DNA of 64,000 nucleotides from Octopus vulgaris (lineage: Eukaryota), in NCBI GenBank assembly GCA_951406725.2, contig OX597822.1, positions 26,040,001 through 26,104,000 on the forward strand. The letters are read 5' to 3'. This document shows positions 44,285 through 57,689 of the stretch, piece by piece (position 1 is the first letter of the stretch; each line of letters begins with the position of its first letter). A program made the translations under genes and the position numbers. Under the pieces are notes generated by a model. It was not told where the DNA came from and did not search any database. It was given only the letters and a program-made list of their open reading frames with translations.

Positions 44285-45838
44285 GCACAATTACTACTTC
44301 AAGGACATGTATTACATCATAAATTCTACGTTGGGGATGCAAATCCTCTCAGTCGCGTACGACATAGTGGGGCACCAGCACAAAAATGAAGCGTCCATCT
44401 CGTCTTTCACTCAATGTAGAATGAGGGAGCTTGGATGTTGAGGTAATATAAATAAATAAATGAATAAATAAATATATAAATACACACAGACGTGAAAGAA
44501 CCTGGTAATAAATATAAATAGGGATAAAGATAGAGGGGCGAGAATTAAGGACGAAAGAAAAAAAATATAAAAAATATAAAAAGATAAAAAAATAAAAAAA
44601 TAAAAAAATAAAAAATATAAATGTAGAAATATAAAATATAAAAATATAAAGAAATATAAAAAAATATAAAAGAATATAAAAATATAAAAAATATAAAAAT
44701 ATAAAAGGATATAAAAATATAAAAATATAAAAGAATATAAGGATAAGGGATATAAAGTGGTTACGAACTAACAAGGTGGTCAGAAAGATGACATATTCTG
44801 GTTGTAGAAGCCTAAGCGGTGGGTGTCATAAACCAACTGGAAGTCTGGTGAGTGTGTTAAACTGGGTACTCACCTCACATGAATATATTACGTTTTTAGC
44901 CCGACAATCTCCACCTACATAGGTTGCTCGACCTCCTGGAAATCCAGATACTACAACCACCGGTCCTCATTCAGGCATAGACACAAGGCTAGCAGCACCT
45001 CCCTATCTAAAAAAATTTGGAATTAAAATACAATAGCATAGGTTTCAAACTCAGGTGGTCCATCATCGGATCAGCTGCACCTTATTTAAATAATAGAACA
45101 GGATGCCAGCTATGTTGTGTGGAACTCCTGAATATCTTGAAATTCAAGGAGAAACACAAGCTAATTAATAAAAGATCTGAATTCAGGCCCTCTTGTATAC
45201 ACAAACTAACCAATACTTTCAAATACTACAAAGCTTAGGCTATTATACCTACTTCCCCATGCAATATCCTCCCATCCAAGTACAACTTGTCAGCTCCAGC
45301 ACATCCCGTTTTTTTTCCTATATATATATTTTGTCTCCTATATATTTTTTTTCCTATATATTTCTTTTCCTATATCTATCTTTTTCCTATATATATATTT
45401 TATTTCCCTATATCTATCCTTTTTCCATTACTAGCTTTGATGTTGAGCGCACACCCCCGAACCCCGCTTCCCACCCTTTCACTTATGACTACTCCGTAAT
45501 TTTCCCCTCCTCCCTGCCTCAGTTCCCCTCCCCGCCCCTGGGTGGTCACCTTTAACACACACCTGTACCTTTACCTTTGCAACCACCTTTTATTTTTACC
45601 TTCATTTCATGTTAATCTTTACTCGATTACCTTTATGTTTTATTTTATTTTTTATTTCTAATTTTTAACTTTATCCTTATTTTTACTTCTATTTTTACCC
45701 CTATTTTATCAATTTTTTTTCTCTATGTATGTCTATTTTTAGTTCTTTTTCCTTATATCCTTATCTATGTATTTGTATGTATATCTGTATATGTGTGTGA
45801 GTATGAATATGTATGTGTGTGTATGTGTATATATACAT

Positions 45839-45915
<77 letters not shown>

Positions 45916-46083
45916 CGTACGTCTGTGTATATATATATGTATGTGTATATGCATATATAGACAGACAGATATATGTATGTGCGTGTGGGTGTGTGTGTGT
46001 GGGGGGCCATGTGTATGTATATATGCGTGTGTGTATATATGTGTGTGTCTGTATATATATATACGTGTGTGTGTGTGTGTGTG

Positions 46084-46130
<47 letters not shown>

Positions 46131-47229
46131 TGTTATACTTTCTTACCCTCAGGTTTTTTACTTTCATGTCTACCTTTTGTGCCCATTATAATTCCGTATC
46201 TTGCCTGCGTGCGAGAATGGATCTACTTGTTTTACCTGTATCTGTGCATATGCATATATGCATATTTTTGTGTATATGCATAAGGATCTACTCCCCCATG
46301 TGTGTGGGTGTGGACATGCATATTTTTGCCCATATGCATAGAGATTTACTTTGTCTTGTGAATGAGTGTGAGTGCGAGTGTGTCTGTATGTACGCATGTA
46401 CGTATATGTATATACGTACGTATGCGCATCAGTTCGTGTACCCAACTATATGCGCCTTTTCCCGTTTGTATGTGTATATTTTTACACGAGAGTACGTATG
46501 TATGCATGTATGTATGTGGATGTGTATGCGTGCGTATATGTATGCGTGTATATGTGTATATATATCCATGCGTGTACGTATGTACATGTTGACCACTAGA
46601 CAATTTACGAGGAAATAGATAAGCGGTTTAACCACAAACCAGACAGCCCTAACCTACCATATACTGGGTACCCAGACGTTCCAGTTGGTTTATGACACCC
46701 ACCGCTTAGGCTTCTACAACCAGAATATGTCATCTTTCTGACCACCTTGTTAGTTCGTAACCACTTTATATCTCTTATCCTTATATTCTTTTATATTTTT
46801 ATATTTTTATATCCTTTTATATTTTTATATTTTTTATATTTTTATATTCTTTTATATTTTTTTATATTTCTTTATATTTTTATATTTTATATTTCTACAT
46901 TTATATTTTTTATTTTTTTATTTTTTTATCTTTCTATATTTTTTATATTTTTTTATCTTTCGTCCTTAATTCTCGCCCCTCTATCTTTATCCCTATTTAT
47001 TTTTATTATCAGGTTCTCTCACGTCTGTGTGTATTTATATATTTATTTATTCATTTATTTATTTATATTACCTCAACATCCAAGCTCCCTCATTCTACAT
47101 TGAGTGAAAGACGAGATGGACGCTTCATTTTTGTGCTGGTGCCCCACTATGTCGTACGCGACTGAGAGGATTTGCATCCCCAACGTAGAATTTATGATGT
47201 AATACATGTCCTTGAAGTAGTAATTGTGC

Positions 47230-47307
47230 GCGGCTGAAGAAGGCCATAGACACACATTATGCATTGTTATAAATCCGTCTAATAAAGGCCCGAAAGATAT
47301 GTACCGC
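47230..47307 (+). ncRNA. Hammerhead ribozyme in pLTR
   Basis: gcgg-CTGAAGA-aggcc..ggccc-GAAAG-atat-GTA-ccgc; stem III has a G-G mismatch. Confidence 0.75.
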
Positions 47308-47361
47308 TGAATTCTTGGCATCATGTTTTTATTTTGATTAATATATATATATATATATATA

Positions 47362-47658
47362 TTAACTAACTTTAACCATATGAACGTTGTAACATTTGGT
47401 CAACAGAATATTTCTATCACTTATATAAATGCAAGCATTATTCTTTTCTATCGAGAATATTCGGAAGTTAAGATCCATCAATTTCTTGACAACATTAAGA
47501 GCATTACGGTGAACGTTCCACTTCGATGCTTCAGAAAAATATGAGTGAAATTCAACTAGTAACTGTTTCACGTGATCTAGTTCACCATCAGACATTGCCT
47601 TAATCAAGGAGTTCCATTCATCGTTTTCTACATCCATTTTCAAGATAGATATGTTCTT
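47362..47658 (-). CDS. METTL24-like methyltransferase (Methyltransf_22), last coding exon
   Basis: ttcattcttcag|AAG acceptor, phase 0; KNISILKMDVENDEWNSL..VKQLLVEFH..FRIF..N.C..CYNV; TAA stop. Confidence 0.88.
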   Translation of the reverse strand, partial: KNISILKMDVENDEWNSLIKAMSDGELDHVKQLLVEFHSYFSEASKWNVHRNALNVVKKLMDLNFRIFSIEKNNACIYISDRNILLTKCYNVHMVKVS

Positions 47659-48659
47659 CTGAAGAATGAAAATATAAGTAAATTAAAGAAGCTGTTAATT
47701 AAACATGATCTGTTAAAATAAATTTAAGATGATACAAAGATAGCTAAAAGGAGAGATAAAGACAGTGGATAAGAAAGAAAGAAACAAACAAACAAACAAA
47801 CCAACAAACCAACAAGCAAACAAATAAAGAAACAAACAAACAAAAATAGAAAGGAAAAAGAAATACAGAAATAGATGCGATGAGGAAGAAAGGAAAGAGG
47901 AAAACAAAATGAAAATGAAAAAGAAACAAAGAATGAATGAAAAGATGAATAAATTAATGAATTGGATGAAAAAGTGTTTTTATGAAGGCGTTTCTTTTTT
48001 ATTTCTTTTACTAGACAATTATGTTTGGAACAATAGTGTTGCTAAATCCATTAGTCTTTTCCATTCTTGTTAGCCTCATCATCAGAATGAAACGATGATA
48101 ATTCTTTCTGAGTTCCAGTTTGTTGATTGCTCGTCAGAAGACAGGTACGTTATTTCTTTTCTCAAACAGAATGAAAGGATAAAAGGGATAATATATGCAC
48201 ATCCTTGACAGTAATTTGCTAAGAATTATGGGAATACTACTGTCAGAAATAAAATAATCAACTCCATACATAAAACTTATACAATACAATTGTTCTGGTA
48301 GATTTTAGGGTTTATTTTACACGTAATGAAGCTCCGCCTTGGATCTTGGTTTGCGTTTTGTTATTGGTGAACATTCCATGATTACTCGTCTCCTTTTTAA
48401 TCGAGAGGTCACCACTATACATTATTATACAGTACAAGAAATAATACTAAATAGAAAACAACAATCATTAGTTGATGATACTACAATTTTATAGAGAAAT
48501 TAAATACAGATGTTTTAAAATATAGTTATAGCAGTATCGCCATGATCTTTCGCAACCTATTGCATAGTGTGCGAACAACGTTATAATTACCATTATTTCA
48601 TTTTGATGATGAGGTCAAAAAGCTCTCGAAATGTTAATACTAATGTTCCAAACATAAAC

Positions 48660-48795
48660 ATAAACAACGTTGCCCAGTGGACTATAGAAACATGATATAA
48701 AGCGTCTTGCTCACGGACACAACACGCCACCAGAAACCGAGCTCACAACCTATCGAGCGTAAGACGTCTACCCTAATCACTAAGCCACATGCCTT
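48660..48795 (-). mobile_element. SINE tRNA-like head fragment
   Basis: Minus strand GGCATGTGGCTTAGTGATTAGGGTA..GTGAGCTCGGTTTC, A/B-box-like. Confidence 0.55.
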
Positions 48796-49198
48796 CATTT
48801 GACTGGAAGACCTAACGAAAAGGATCACAATTCAACTCTGTAATAATCTTCATATATCAATACACAATTAAAACCCCCGTTCTGGAGTTAGGGGTGCTCC
48901 CTGGTTCGAGTGAGTCTTTTAGGATGCTCGCGCGTTCAGCTATGCATAACTTGCAACGCTTCGTCCCGTTGATGTAGGGGCCTGGGGTCTCTAGTAATTT
49001 CCATGAGATCGACCATGAGATCCCATTGTCTCTTAGTTGCCAGACGTGATTGGCCAGCGATGTTACGTACCTCCTTTCCAGAACTCTGAAGGAGGACCTA
49101 TGGCTGGAGATACGCTGCTTGAGAGAATTCCCAGTACATTCAATGCATTTCCGTAGGCGCATGTTGTCGGTGCTGCACTTGTTGCTGTTGTTGCTGCT

Positions 49199-49566
49199 TG
49201 TTTGTTGAGCGAAGCGGTCTTCGTCCCATTAGTGGGAGAAGTCCGAAACGTGGTCCTTTGCTATTCGTAAGACCCGCAGAAGAGAAAGCAGGTCAACCCC
49301 AGACACCGAGAGCATCGACAGATGGATGAATGCGCATCCAGGCTCAGCGGTTACGTAGGAAGTCGAGGACAAGAAACAGGAAGAAAGAGTGAGAGAAAGT
49401 TGGAGCGAAAGAGTACAACAGGAGTCGCCACCACCCCCTGCCGGTGCCCCGTGGGGCTTTTAGGTGTTTTCGCTCAATAAACACACACAACGCCCGGTCT
49501 GGGAATCGAAACTGCGATCCTCCGACCGCGTGTCCGCTGCCCTAACCACTGGGGCATTTCGCCTCC
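49199..49566 (-). mobile_element. tRNA-derived SINE (third family) inserted in the PLE endonuclease region
   Basis: Head CCCAGTGGTTAGGGCAG..GTTTCGATTCC; ~10-bp flanking repeat tgttgctgct. Confidence 0.8.
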
Positions 49567-51506
49567 TGCTGTTGCTGCTGTTATTGTTGTTACTGGAGCT
49601 GGGGCTGCTGGTGTTAGCGTCGCTGAATGTGGTGGTGACGTCGGTAATATTATCGCCACTGCGCGTGTTGTCGATGTTCCACCTGTTGTCGCTGTTGCTG
49701 CTGTTGTTTGGAAATAGCAATCCTTCCAATTCCTATTCCTCACGGAATGTTTCAGCTGGCTGGCTCTGCTGGCGTTGACGTTCTTAGAGGTAGTGGTGGC
49801 GTCAGCAATGCTACCGCCACTGCCGGTTACGGTTAAGGCGCTGTTGTTGTTAATATTGCTGTTATTGTTGTTATTATTGCGGTCTTCACCAATGGTGGAG
49901 GAGCTGCCACTGTTGCTAGGGGTGACATTAGTCGTGGTTACGCCGGTGCTTCTGCTAGGGCCACTGCTGCTGCTGCTGCTGCTACTGCTGCTACTGCCGT
50001 TACGGCTGGCGTTGGCACTGGATCTGTTGCTGCTGCTATAGGGGCTTTCAGGTCTGCTACTGTAGACGTCAGAGAAGTTATTGGTAAGGTTGGTGTTGGT
50101 GGTGATGCTGCTGTTGTTGTTGTTAGTGATGCTGCCAACGGGAGGACTGCCAATGCTGTCTGTGATGCTGCTGTTGCTAACGTTGTTAATGCTGTCAACT
50201 GCGGCGATGGTGGTGGTGTTGTTGGTTCTGTTCTCATAACTATTGGCTGCTATTACTTCTGCCGGTGGTATTGCCAGGGTTCACTAATACTTCGGCTTGA
50301 TAGACGACCCCTTTGGGTTCGCAGAAGCCTCCTGCCGAGCAACTGTTGCGGTCCCTGCATGAACAACCTGCCTCTTCCTGTGGCTTAGGGGCACTAACTA
50401 CAATACTCTTACTACTGGGGGCACAGCTAAACGAGACCCTAACGTTGTGCCTGTTGAAGATGAGCCCGTACCTATGAGAGCTAGTGAAATACTTGTCTAC
50501 TAACTTAAGGAATAGTCTACTTACGGACGTTATTGTGTTAAGGGAGAAGTGGTGAGGAAGCAAACTAAATGGTATTTCTGCGGCTGTTGGGTTTTGGCAT
50601 GTAGGTGATGCGGTCCCTAAATCCGTTGTCAACGAGGGCCTCGTTATAGTACGGGGCCGCTGCATCGAAAGCCTCTTGGTTGGAGGAAAGGCTCGTAATC
50701 TTCTTACTAAACACCCTCTACGAGGTTCTTGAACAGGATGGGTGGGTGGCAGGAGGCAATGTTGATGTACGTTAGCTTCTCGTTTGGTTTGCGATAGGGC
50801 CTGTAAGTACCGGCGCCCAAGTTGAACGTGAAGTTGGTCTTTATGTTGATCTTCAATCTCAAGGAGGCAAGCGTACTGATTAAGTGTCTTTTTTTAATCC
50901 TGCCTAGTGTATGCCCGCTTGCTGTCTAAGAGATGGCCAGGGCGCCATCTCTGTAGATGCAAAAAGCGGAAGAGAGGAACTTTTTCCTAAGGTTATCTAG
51001 AATATACAACCCGATGAGATCGCATACAACAGCGCCGTCGTGGACTCCCATCGCTACGTCAAAGGAGCCCGTAGGGTCGGATTGCTTGACCCATGCCGAA
51101 CCTTTGTTGAACAGCACTGTCTTGATAATTTCTACATCTCTGTCGCTAATGCTGGCGAAGCCCCTAGTGAAAGAAAGCGCCTTGGTCAGTAGCCCTTTTG
51201 ATATAGACGGGTAAAGATCGACTATAACAAATTGGGTGAACCTTGCTTTGCCTCTTCCCTTGTAGGTGTTAAACCATGCAGTCACTTCGCTGGTGCTGCG
51301 TTACAGGGAAAGGTTGGTGGGTCTTCTTATGCTGTTATTGATATCTCTTAATATGTGTTTGCTCGCCAAGCCGATCTCGGATTTGGCTGGATTGATCTGG
51401 CGACATTTGGGGCTTCAAATTTTTGCTTTCAAAATGTAACCTCGTGTATACCGTTAGCGATTTTTTTTCCTCTGTCTTCCTTTCTCTGGATCTTTCCTTC
51501 TCCTAT

Positions 51507-51541
51507 GTTTCCGACGAAGAGCTCCGCTCGAAACGTTAAAC
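51507..51541 (+). ncRNA. Minimal hammerhead variant (extra-A core)
   Basis: gttt-CCGACGAA-gagc-tcc-gctc-GAAA-CGTT-aaac. Confidence 0.65.
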
Positions 51542-51641
51542 CCTCCTTCTTTCCTTCTTACCTGAGCGTCCAATAATACTATATTTGTTCCACGTCCTCG
51601 CGTTGTTGTGTTTTTTTGTGCTTTCTTGTATGGATTAACTT

Positions 51642-51725
<84 letters not shown>

Positions 51726-51849
51726 CGGTGAATAAATTGTCGTCTAAATTACGCAAAAATGAAAATAACACTCACATCTCTATTACATGATTATGTAAAT
51801 GAACAATCTGATGTGATTATTTTAATACAGTGCGTTTCTCTGTCCCAGG

Positions 51850-52143
51850 TGAAGTATAGGCAGAATAGCAAAGTAACAGAACCTAGCTAATGAATTACAA
51901 AGACTATGGAAAGAGCGGGTAAAATTTATCCCAGTAGTTATAGGTGCATTGGGAACTATCCCTAAAGATGTGAACAGCTGGATAAAGGAAATAGGTATAA
52001 AACCCAGTGAAGTACAGCTGAGGAAAACAGTGTTATTAGGGACAGCTAAAGTACTTATGAAGATTCTTGGCATCTAAATCTACTTGTTGTAGCCCGATGT
52101 TAGGTTTCTTTTCTTTTGCAACCGTCTAATCTGTTGAGTGTAT
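51850..52143 (+). mobile_element. R4/Dong-like 3' end
   Basis: NLANELQRLWK..IPVVIGALG..LRKTVLLGTAK..LGI* followed directly by (TAA)n. Confidence 0.8.
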
Positions 52144-52365
<222 letters not shown>

Positions 52366-52479
52366 CATGCCTCCTCATTGATATGACTGTCCCAATCGAT
52401 ATAAACGTAATATCCCAATCACTGGGACTATAAAATACGAAAACAGGCTAACACATCCATCAAAAACGAAGTAAACAAC

Positions 52480-53400
52480 GAAAGACAACAAACCCAAACC
52501 GAAGGAATGTATAATGATGAGCAAAATGCACCAGACCAGAACATCACAGACAAAAATATGAACGGCCGCACTTAAAACCACAAGGCTTTCTACCCTCCAC
52601 CATAACTCTTAGCTTGGTGTCTTCACCCACCAGTATTGTGTCAACAATCTCCACGAGGTCCGCAGGGGCAGCCTCGATTAGCATTTCTAATCTCTGTTCC
52701 TGCCAGTTCTGCTGTTTGATTTTGGTTGCTTGGAGGATTATTTTTTCCTCTAAACCTAAGGTGATTGCCGCCACCAGTCAGGCAACGTCGACCTCTGATG
52801 GAATATCCTCCTTCCTTAACCTTGGAAGTACGTATACTCAGGTATGTAAGTAGGAAGACCACTTCATTAGTTTTCAGCGGGGTCGTAGAGAGTTGCCTAG
52901 CAACATCTTCGGATGAGAACTGCACTTCCACCATCGCAAAACGTTTGCCCCTGGCAAGATATACTATATCTTTCCAGATAGGCCTCAGACACATTTTCAG
53001 CTCTTCTTTCGTCACCATGTCGAGCCTTTTGTTTTTCATAAAGAGGATTTTAAAAATCACCGTTTTTCGAGAAGTTGTAATTAGTCAATTCGATCGCGCT
53101 CCTCCTTATGAAGAAGACCTTTAAATTTATCAAGTTAATTCCTTTCGATATTCGTTGGTGAGGCTAGTCATCGCTGCGAAATTGCTTACTTTTTTGGTTT
53201 CAATCATATTGTCGTTGTTTTCCTTCTGTATTATTTTATCCAAAATGTTAACACACAGACAATTCCTCTTTAGAGGAATCGACGTCAGTTGAACCCACGT
53301 CCAGTAATATCACCATCGATTTTTTTTAACAAAACACAATTGAGTATTTCCCCCTTCAAACAAGTGAGGGAGGGGGATGTCAGCGTGTCTGCAACAGCGC
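52480..53400 (-). mobile_element. L1/Tx1-like ORF1 fragment with 5' region
   Basis: RRM-like segment (FAMVEVQFSSEDVARQL) followed by VEGRKPCGFKC knuckle start. Confidence 0.6.
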
Positions 53401-53439
53401 AGAACTAACAAAGTGTTTTAACAATACGATAACAAAAGC

Positions 53440-54750
53440 AGTTCAACAAAAATTCAACAATTACAATAAACAGAACTTTATCGCAAAAACCAGCCAAACT
53501 CGGAACAGTGAGAGGGCACGAATTGGTTTTAATTGACAACAAGGGTTGCACACAGGAGGGACATACAAAGGGTCGGAGTGATTCGTTCCGTTTTTAATGA
53601 ACATTAAAAATTTCAAAAATCTGAGAAAAAATGATGACAACGAATGATTATGATGAAGTGGTGGACGTGGCTGACCCCACAGACCACGTTCTACTACTGA
53701 ACCATTAAATAATACTTTTGTCCTCTCTTTAGAAGCTACATACATTCTCAACAAGTATGCCACTTTCATCCATCTTTTCTCGTATATACTTAGTCGTAGG
53801 CGACTCCTCTCCAACCTTATTTTCCTTTTCAGTTGGAAACAAACAGTTTACCAACCACCGGCTGGAGATAAAGTCGCCTGTCACTACTACTTTCATGCGA
53901 GATATCCATACGACCTCTTCCACAATTGCTACTACAGTGAGAAAACAGAACCTTCCCTTCCCCTTTCAGAGAGGACGGTGCAACAATTTTATAATTGACT
54001 CGGAGCACAGCTGTACTCCTCCCAAATGTGACAACATAAACCCACAACTCTGATAGTTTCGGACACTGCACAATAGCGTGCAGAACAGTCTCACTGCTCT
54101 GCCTGCATCTTGGGCAAGTGGGCTGGCACGAAGAGCCATGCCTTGCGAGTTAATCTTGAACTGATAAGGTTCCTCGGTAACATTGCCAAGCCAGTGATCT
54201 TTGGAAGTTATCCAAAAGCCACATCCCGAATGTCCTTCGGAAAAAACCCGCAAGCTGACTATCGTCGAAGCCAAGGGTTTCCCCCAGGCCATCGTCATAC
54301 TTGGCCTCTACTAACCCTCTGTAGAATGACGAAATGGAAATCTCGCCGACCGGCATTAGCCATCCGGGAGAGACGTGCGAGAGCCTGCAGATATTCGACC
54401 TTCCACGCTCCCAACTACGCTTGATCCAAGGCTCTGATTCAATGAAACTAGTGAATCGGAGAAGTATCAGCTTGACGAACAGAGACGACACCCGCTCACC
54501 ATCCAGGTAGAGCCAAAAATGACTCAGCCTCTGTGCATCAACAGCCATGGTATCCCTAGCCCACCCTTTAGCTGGTGTTGGCAGCAGATAAAGCGCCTTA
54601 CAAGCGGTCCTCTGCCTTTCCCCAAAAAGCGAAAAAGCATCGTTCCAACTTGCTGGCCACGGGGCAAGGTACGACGGTTAGGTGGTAAGTGATCACAGAT
54701 GCGATAAACACACTTGCGAGCTCTGCCTTCCCTTTCAGGGATAACCACCG
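53440..54750 (-). mobile_element. L1/Tx1-like ORF2 C-terminal fragment and 3' UTR
   Basis: GGLGIP motif and CPRC..ETVLHAIVQCP zinc motif across frames. Confidence 0.7.
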
Positions 54751-55141
54751 CTCAGACTAGGCCTGGGTTAGGTGATAAAATCCATATAATCTCAATATCA
54801 TGTGTGAAACAAATAATCTTTTACAGTGCGACGCTTCTTTTTTAGTTCAGTATATAAGAATAGTTTATAGATTAGAGACAAGTAGTCTATATATAGGACA
54901 CACTTTGCATTACTCAAGAGATTTGAACTTGAGCAGATAAAGGAGTAATTACAAGGACAAGCAAGTTAGGCAAGTCGACATACAAAAAATATTGTTGTTG
55001 TTTGTTCCTTCACGAGCCATGCCTACCTCATAAGGGACGGTTTCCGGTTTCCTTAACGTAGAGGTTCCCCACCTGGACGGGACGCTTGTCCGTCACAGGT
55101 GAGCTGCTAGATGCAGGAGGAAAGATGCAGAGTGAGAGAAC

Positions 55142-55207
<66 letters not shown>

Positions 55208-55214
55208 TATATAT

Positions 55215-56403
55215 TCAACCAAAACCGTGGAAAAGTTCTACACTGGATTAAGTATTTCCTGGCTAATAGAACACATGTTGTAGTTGATGGAGTCCACTCA
55301 AGCCCAGCAAAACTCACCAGCGGTGTCCCCCAGGGGACTGTCTTGGGCCCGCTACTCTTCATAATTTAAATAAACGACCTTTCCAGTGTCGTACATTACT
55401 GCAAAATGAAAATATTTGCTGATGACACTAAGCTCCAGCAAGTCGTCAATGAAGAAGCAGACCGAACTCAACTCCAGTCTGATCTATATGCTGTGAGTCA
55501 ATGGGCAGACAGAAACAAAATGCAACTGAACGAGGGAAAATTTGAGCTGATGCATTTTGAAAGAAATTCCTCACTAAAACAGCCATACTCTCTTCCTTCA
55601 GGGGAACCGCTCACAGCCTCTAACAATATCATACACCTGGGTGTAATTGTTGATGACGATCTCAGTTGGAGTGCACACATCAACAATAAGGTCGATATAG
55701 CTCGTAGGATGAGTTCCTGGATCTTAAGAACTTTCCGGTTCAGAGAACAAGGTGTCATCATACCACTTTTCTCCTCCTTTGTACGGCCACACCTCGAATA
55801 CTGCTGCCCACTGTGGTCTCCCCATACAAGACAAAACATCTCGAGGATTGAATCACCCCAGAGGGCACTCACTAAACGAATTGAAGGCGTGGCTGCTCTC
55901 GATTATTGGGATCGCCTTAAAGCCTTGAAACTCTACTCTCTCCAGCGTCACCGTGAGCAGTATATCATTTGTACGATGTGGAGAATATACCGCCAACTTT
56001 GCCCAAACGACCTGAACATTAGCTTCAAGGTTCATCCAAGACTGGGACCACGGGCCATACGTCCCCTGCCCAATTCAATATCACAGCATACATGTACACT
56101 GCAACATAATTTCTTTTCCTCAACAGGCCCTGCCCTATTTAACATTGTCCCGAAAGTGATCAAAGAGGAAAAGGATCCCATCAACTTTAAACGGAGTCTG
56201 GATAGATTCCTTCAAGGAATACCAGATAAGCCACCCATGATTGAATACAACTCACCCAACAAAAACTCACTACTTGAATGGACCATAAACAAAACTTGAC
56301 TTAAACAGGATTCAAATAATCCTATCAAGTGGTGCTATTAAGTTAGACATGGCCTGGACCAATCTGTGATCGAAACATATCTAAGTTTATCTAAGTTTAT
56401 CTA

Positions 56404-56408
<5 letters not shown>
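55215..56408 (+). mobile_element. CR1-group LINE (family A-related), 5'-truncated
   Basis: SGVPQG and FADDTK ORF 55406-56299; 3' GGTGCT..CATGGCC plus (TCTAAGTTTA)3 tail; (TA)n on both sides. Confidence 0.93.
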
Positions 56409-56482
<74 letters not shown>

Positions 56483-56674
56483 AATAGGGTTCAGCAACGA
56501 TTTGCTTCACCACATACCGAAGTTTAGAAATAGCAGTCAAAAAATCTTCGCTATTCCTTCTACTTTAAAAGGGGCTTACTTAAGCTTACCATGAAATGGT
56601 CTTTTCATGCCGAATTCTGCTTGGTGAAATTACTGATTACTTTTTAATTAATTAATTTTACCCTTTGTTATTAA

Positions 56675-56748
<74 letters not shown>

Positions 56749-56790
56749 CCTAATTTATTAATATAATAACCTAATATATATATATATAAT

Positions 56791-57054
56791 AACTTAATTT
56801 ATGTAATAACCTGCTCGGGTTTCAGTCATCAGTACATTGGACAAACGAGTTTCACTTTGAGGAAGAGAATCACTCTGCAATACAGACAAATTCCTCTTAG
56901 TGAACACATAGAAAAATGTGCAGGTAACATCAAACCAAATTTCACAATCTTCCCTTTCTACCAGTGCAAAGACGCAAGCTCTCAACTAGAACGCTTAAAT
57001 AAAGAAACTTTTTTCATTGAAAAATACAAAACACGTCTTAATATGCACGCATAA
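56791..57054 (+). mobile_element. PLE GIY-YIG fragment (Neptune-like)
   Basis: NLIYVITCSGFSHQYIGQT..LRKR..E.FFI..LN. Confidence 0.8.
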
Positions 57055-57647
57055 CCAACTTTTATATTTTTACATATTACATCACTGTACATAAATCCCC
57101 TACTAAACAAGGTCCCTTTGTTTTAAACCTGTCTCTTTTCTTTACACATATTTATTCCCCACCCAAAACCTTACACACAACAATAACAATAATAACAACC
57201 AATTACCTCCCTTTATTTGTCTACTTGTAACGTCATTCACTCATGAATTTCATCACAAACAACATGGACCAAATTTCTTCTTAAGAAAAAATATATATTC
57301 ATATAAATTAAACATTATATCATGAATAGCGATAGCAAAACCGGCCGATATATTAAAAATTATATTAAAACCATGTAAGTGTACGTATTTTCCTTTTTTT
57401 AATTTCTTACATATATATATACATACATACATATACATATATATATGCATACATAAACATATATAGACCCACGTAAACATACACACACATACATATATTT
57501 ATGTGTGCGTATGTGAGTGTGTGTATTTGAAAAATGAGAGAGACAGAAGATGGAAGATACAACGATGCTTATTATTAACAACTACAATTGTTTCGACTCA
57601 TCTACCATCGACTCCTTACACGTGGGATACTTGACAACTGGCTTAGG

Positions 57648-57682
<35 letters not shown>

Positions 57683-57689
57683 GAGTAGA

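Larger units (their letters stand above)
44172..47342 (+). mobile_element. 5'-truncated Naiad-like PLE with inverted pLTR (arms 44172-44848 and 46672-47342)
   Basis: Near-identical ~675-bp inverted arms; endonuclease C-terminus at 45017-45238 (WSII..PY..CQLC..LINKRSE..CIH). Confidence 0.88.
48857..51645 (-). mobile_element. Degenerate Naiad-like PLE (RT plus GIY-YIG) with probable inverted pLTR at 51440-51645
   Basis: DLYPSIS, FDVAMGVHDGAVVCDLIG, IYRDG, CSCR..C..C..VVYQ, KQRISSH and CKLC..E motifs. Confidence 0.85.

Noticed and set aside
44190-44441. Identical 83-aa ORFs at 44190 and 47073
   Set aside because: By-product of the inverted pLTR; overlaps the hammerhead in antisense.
48074-48144. 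Possible plus-strand exon (tag|CCT..AG|gtacgt)
   Set aside because: Lies antisense in the METTL24-like intron; no recognisable product.
48857-51440. Selenocysteine recoding reported for some Naiad PLEs
   Set aside because: No in-frame TGA at a conserved Cys and no SECIS recognisable by eye in these degraded copies.
56812-56836. Minus-strand CTGATGA-CT-GAAAC hammerhead-like string
   Set aside because: No stem II or stem I; it is the antisense of GIY-YIG coding sequence.
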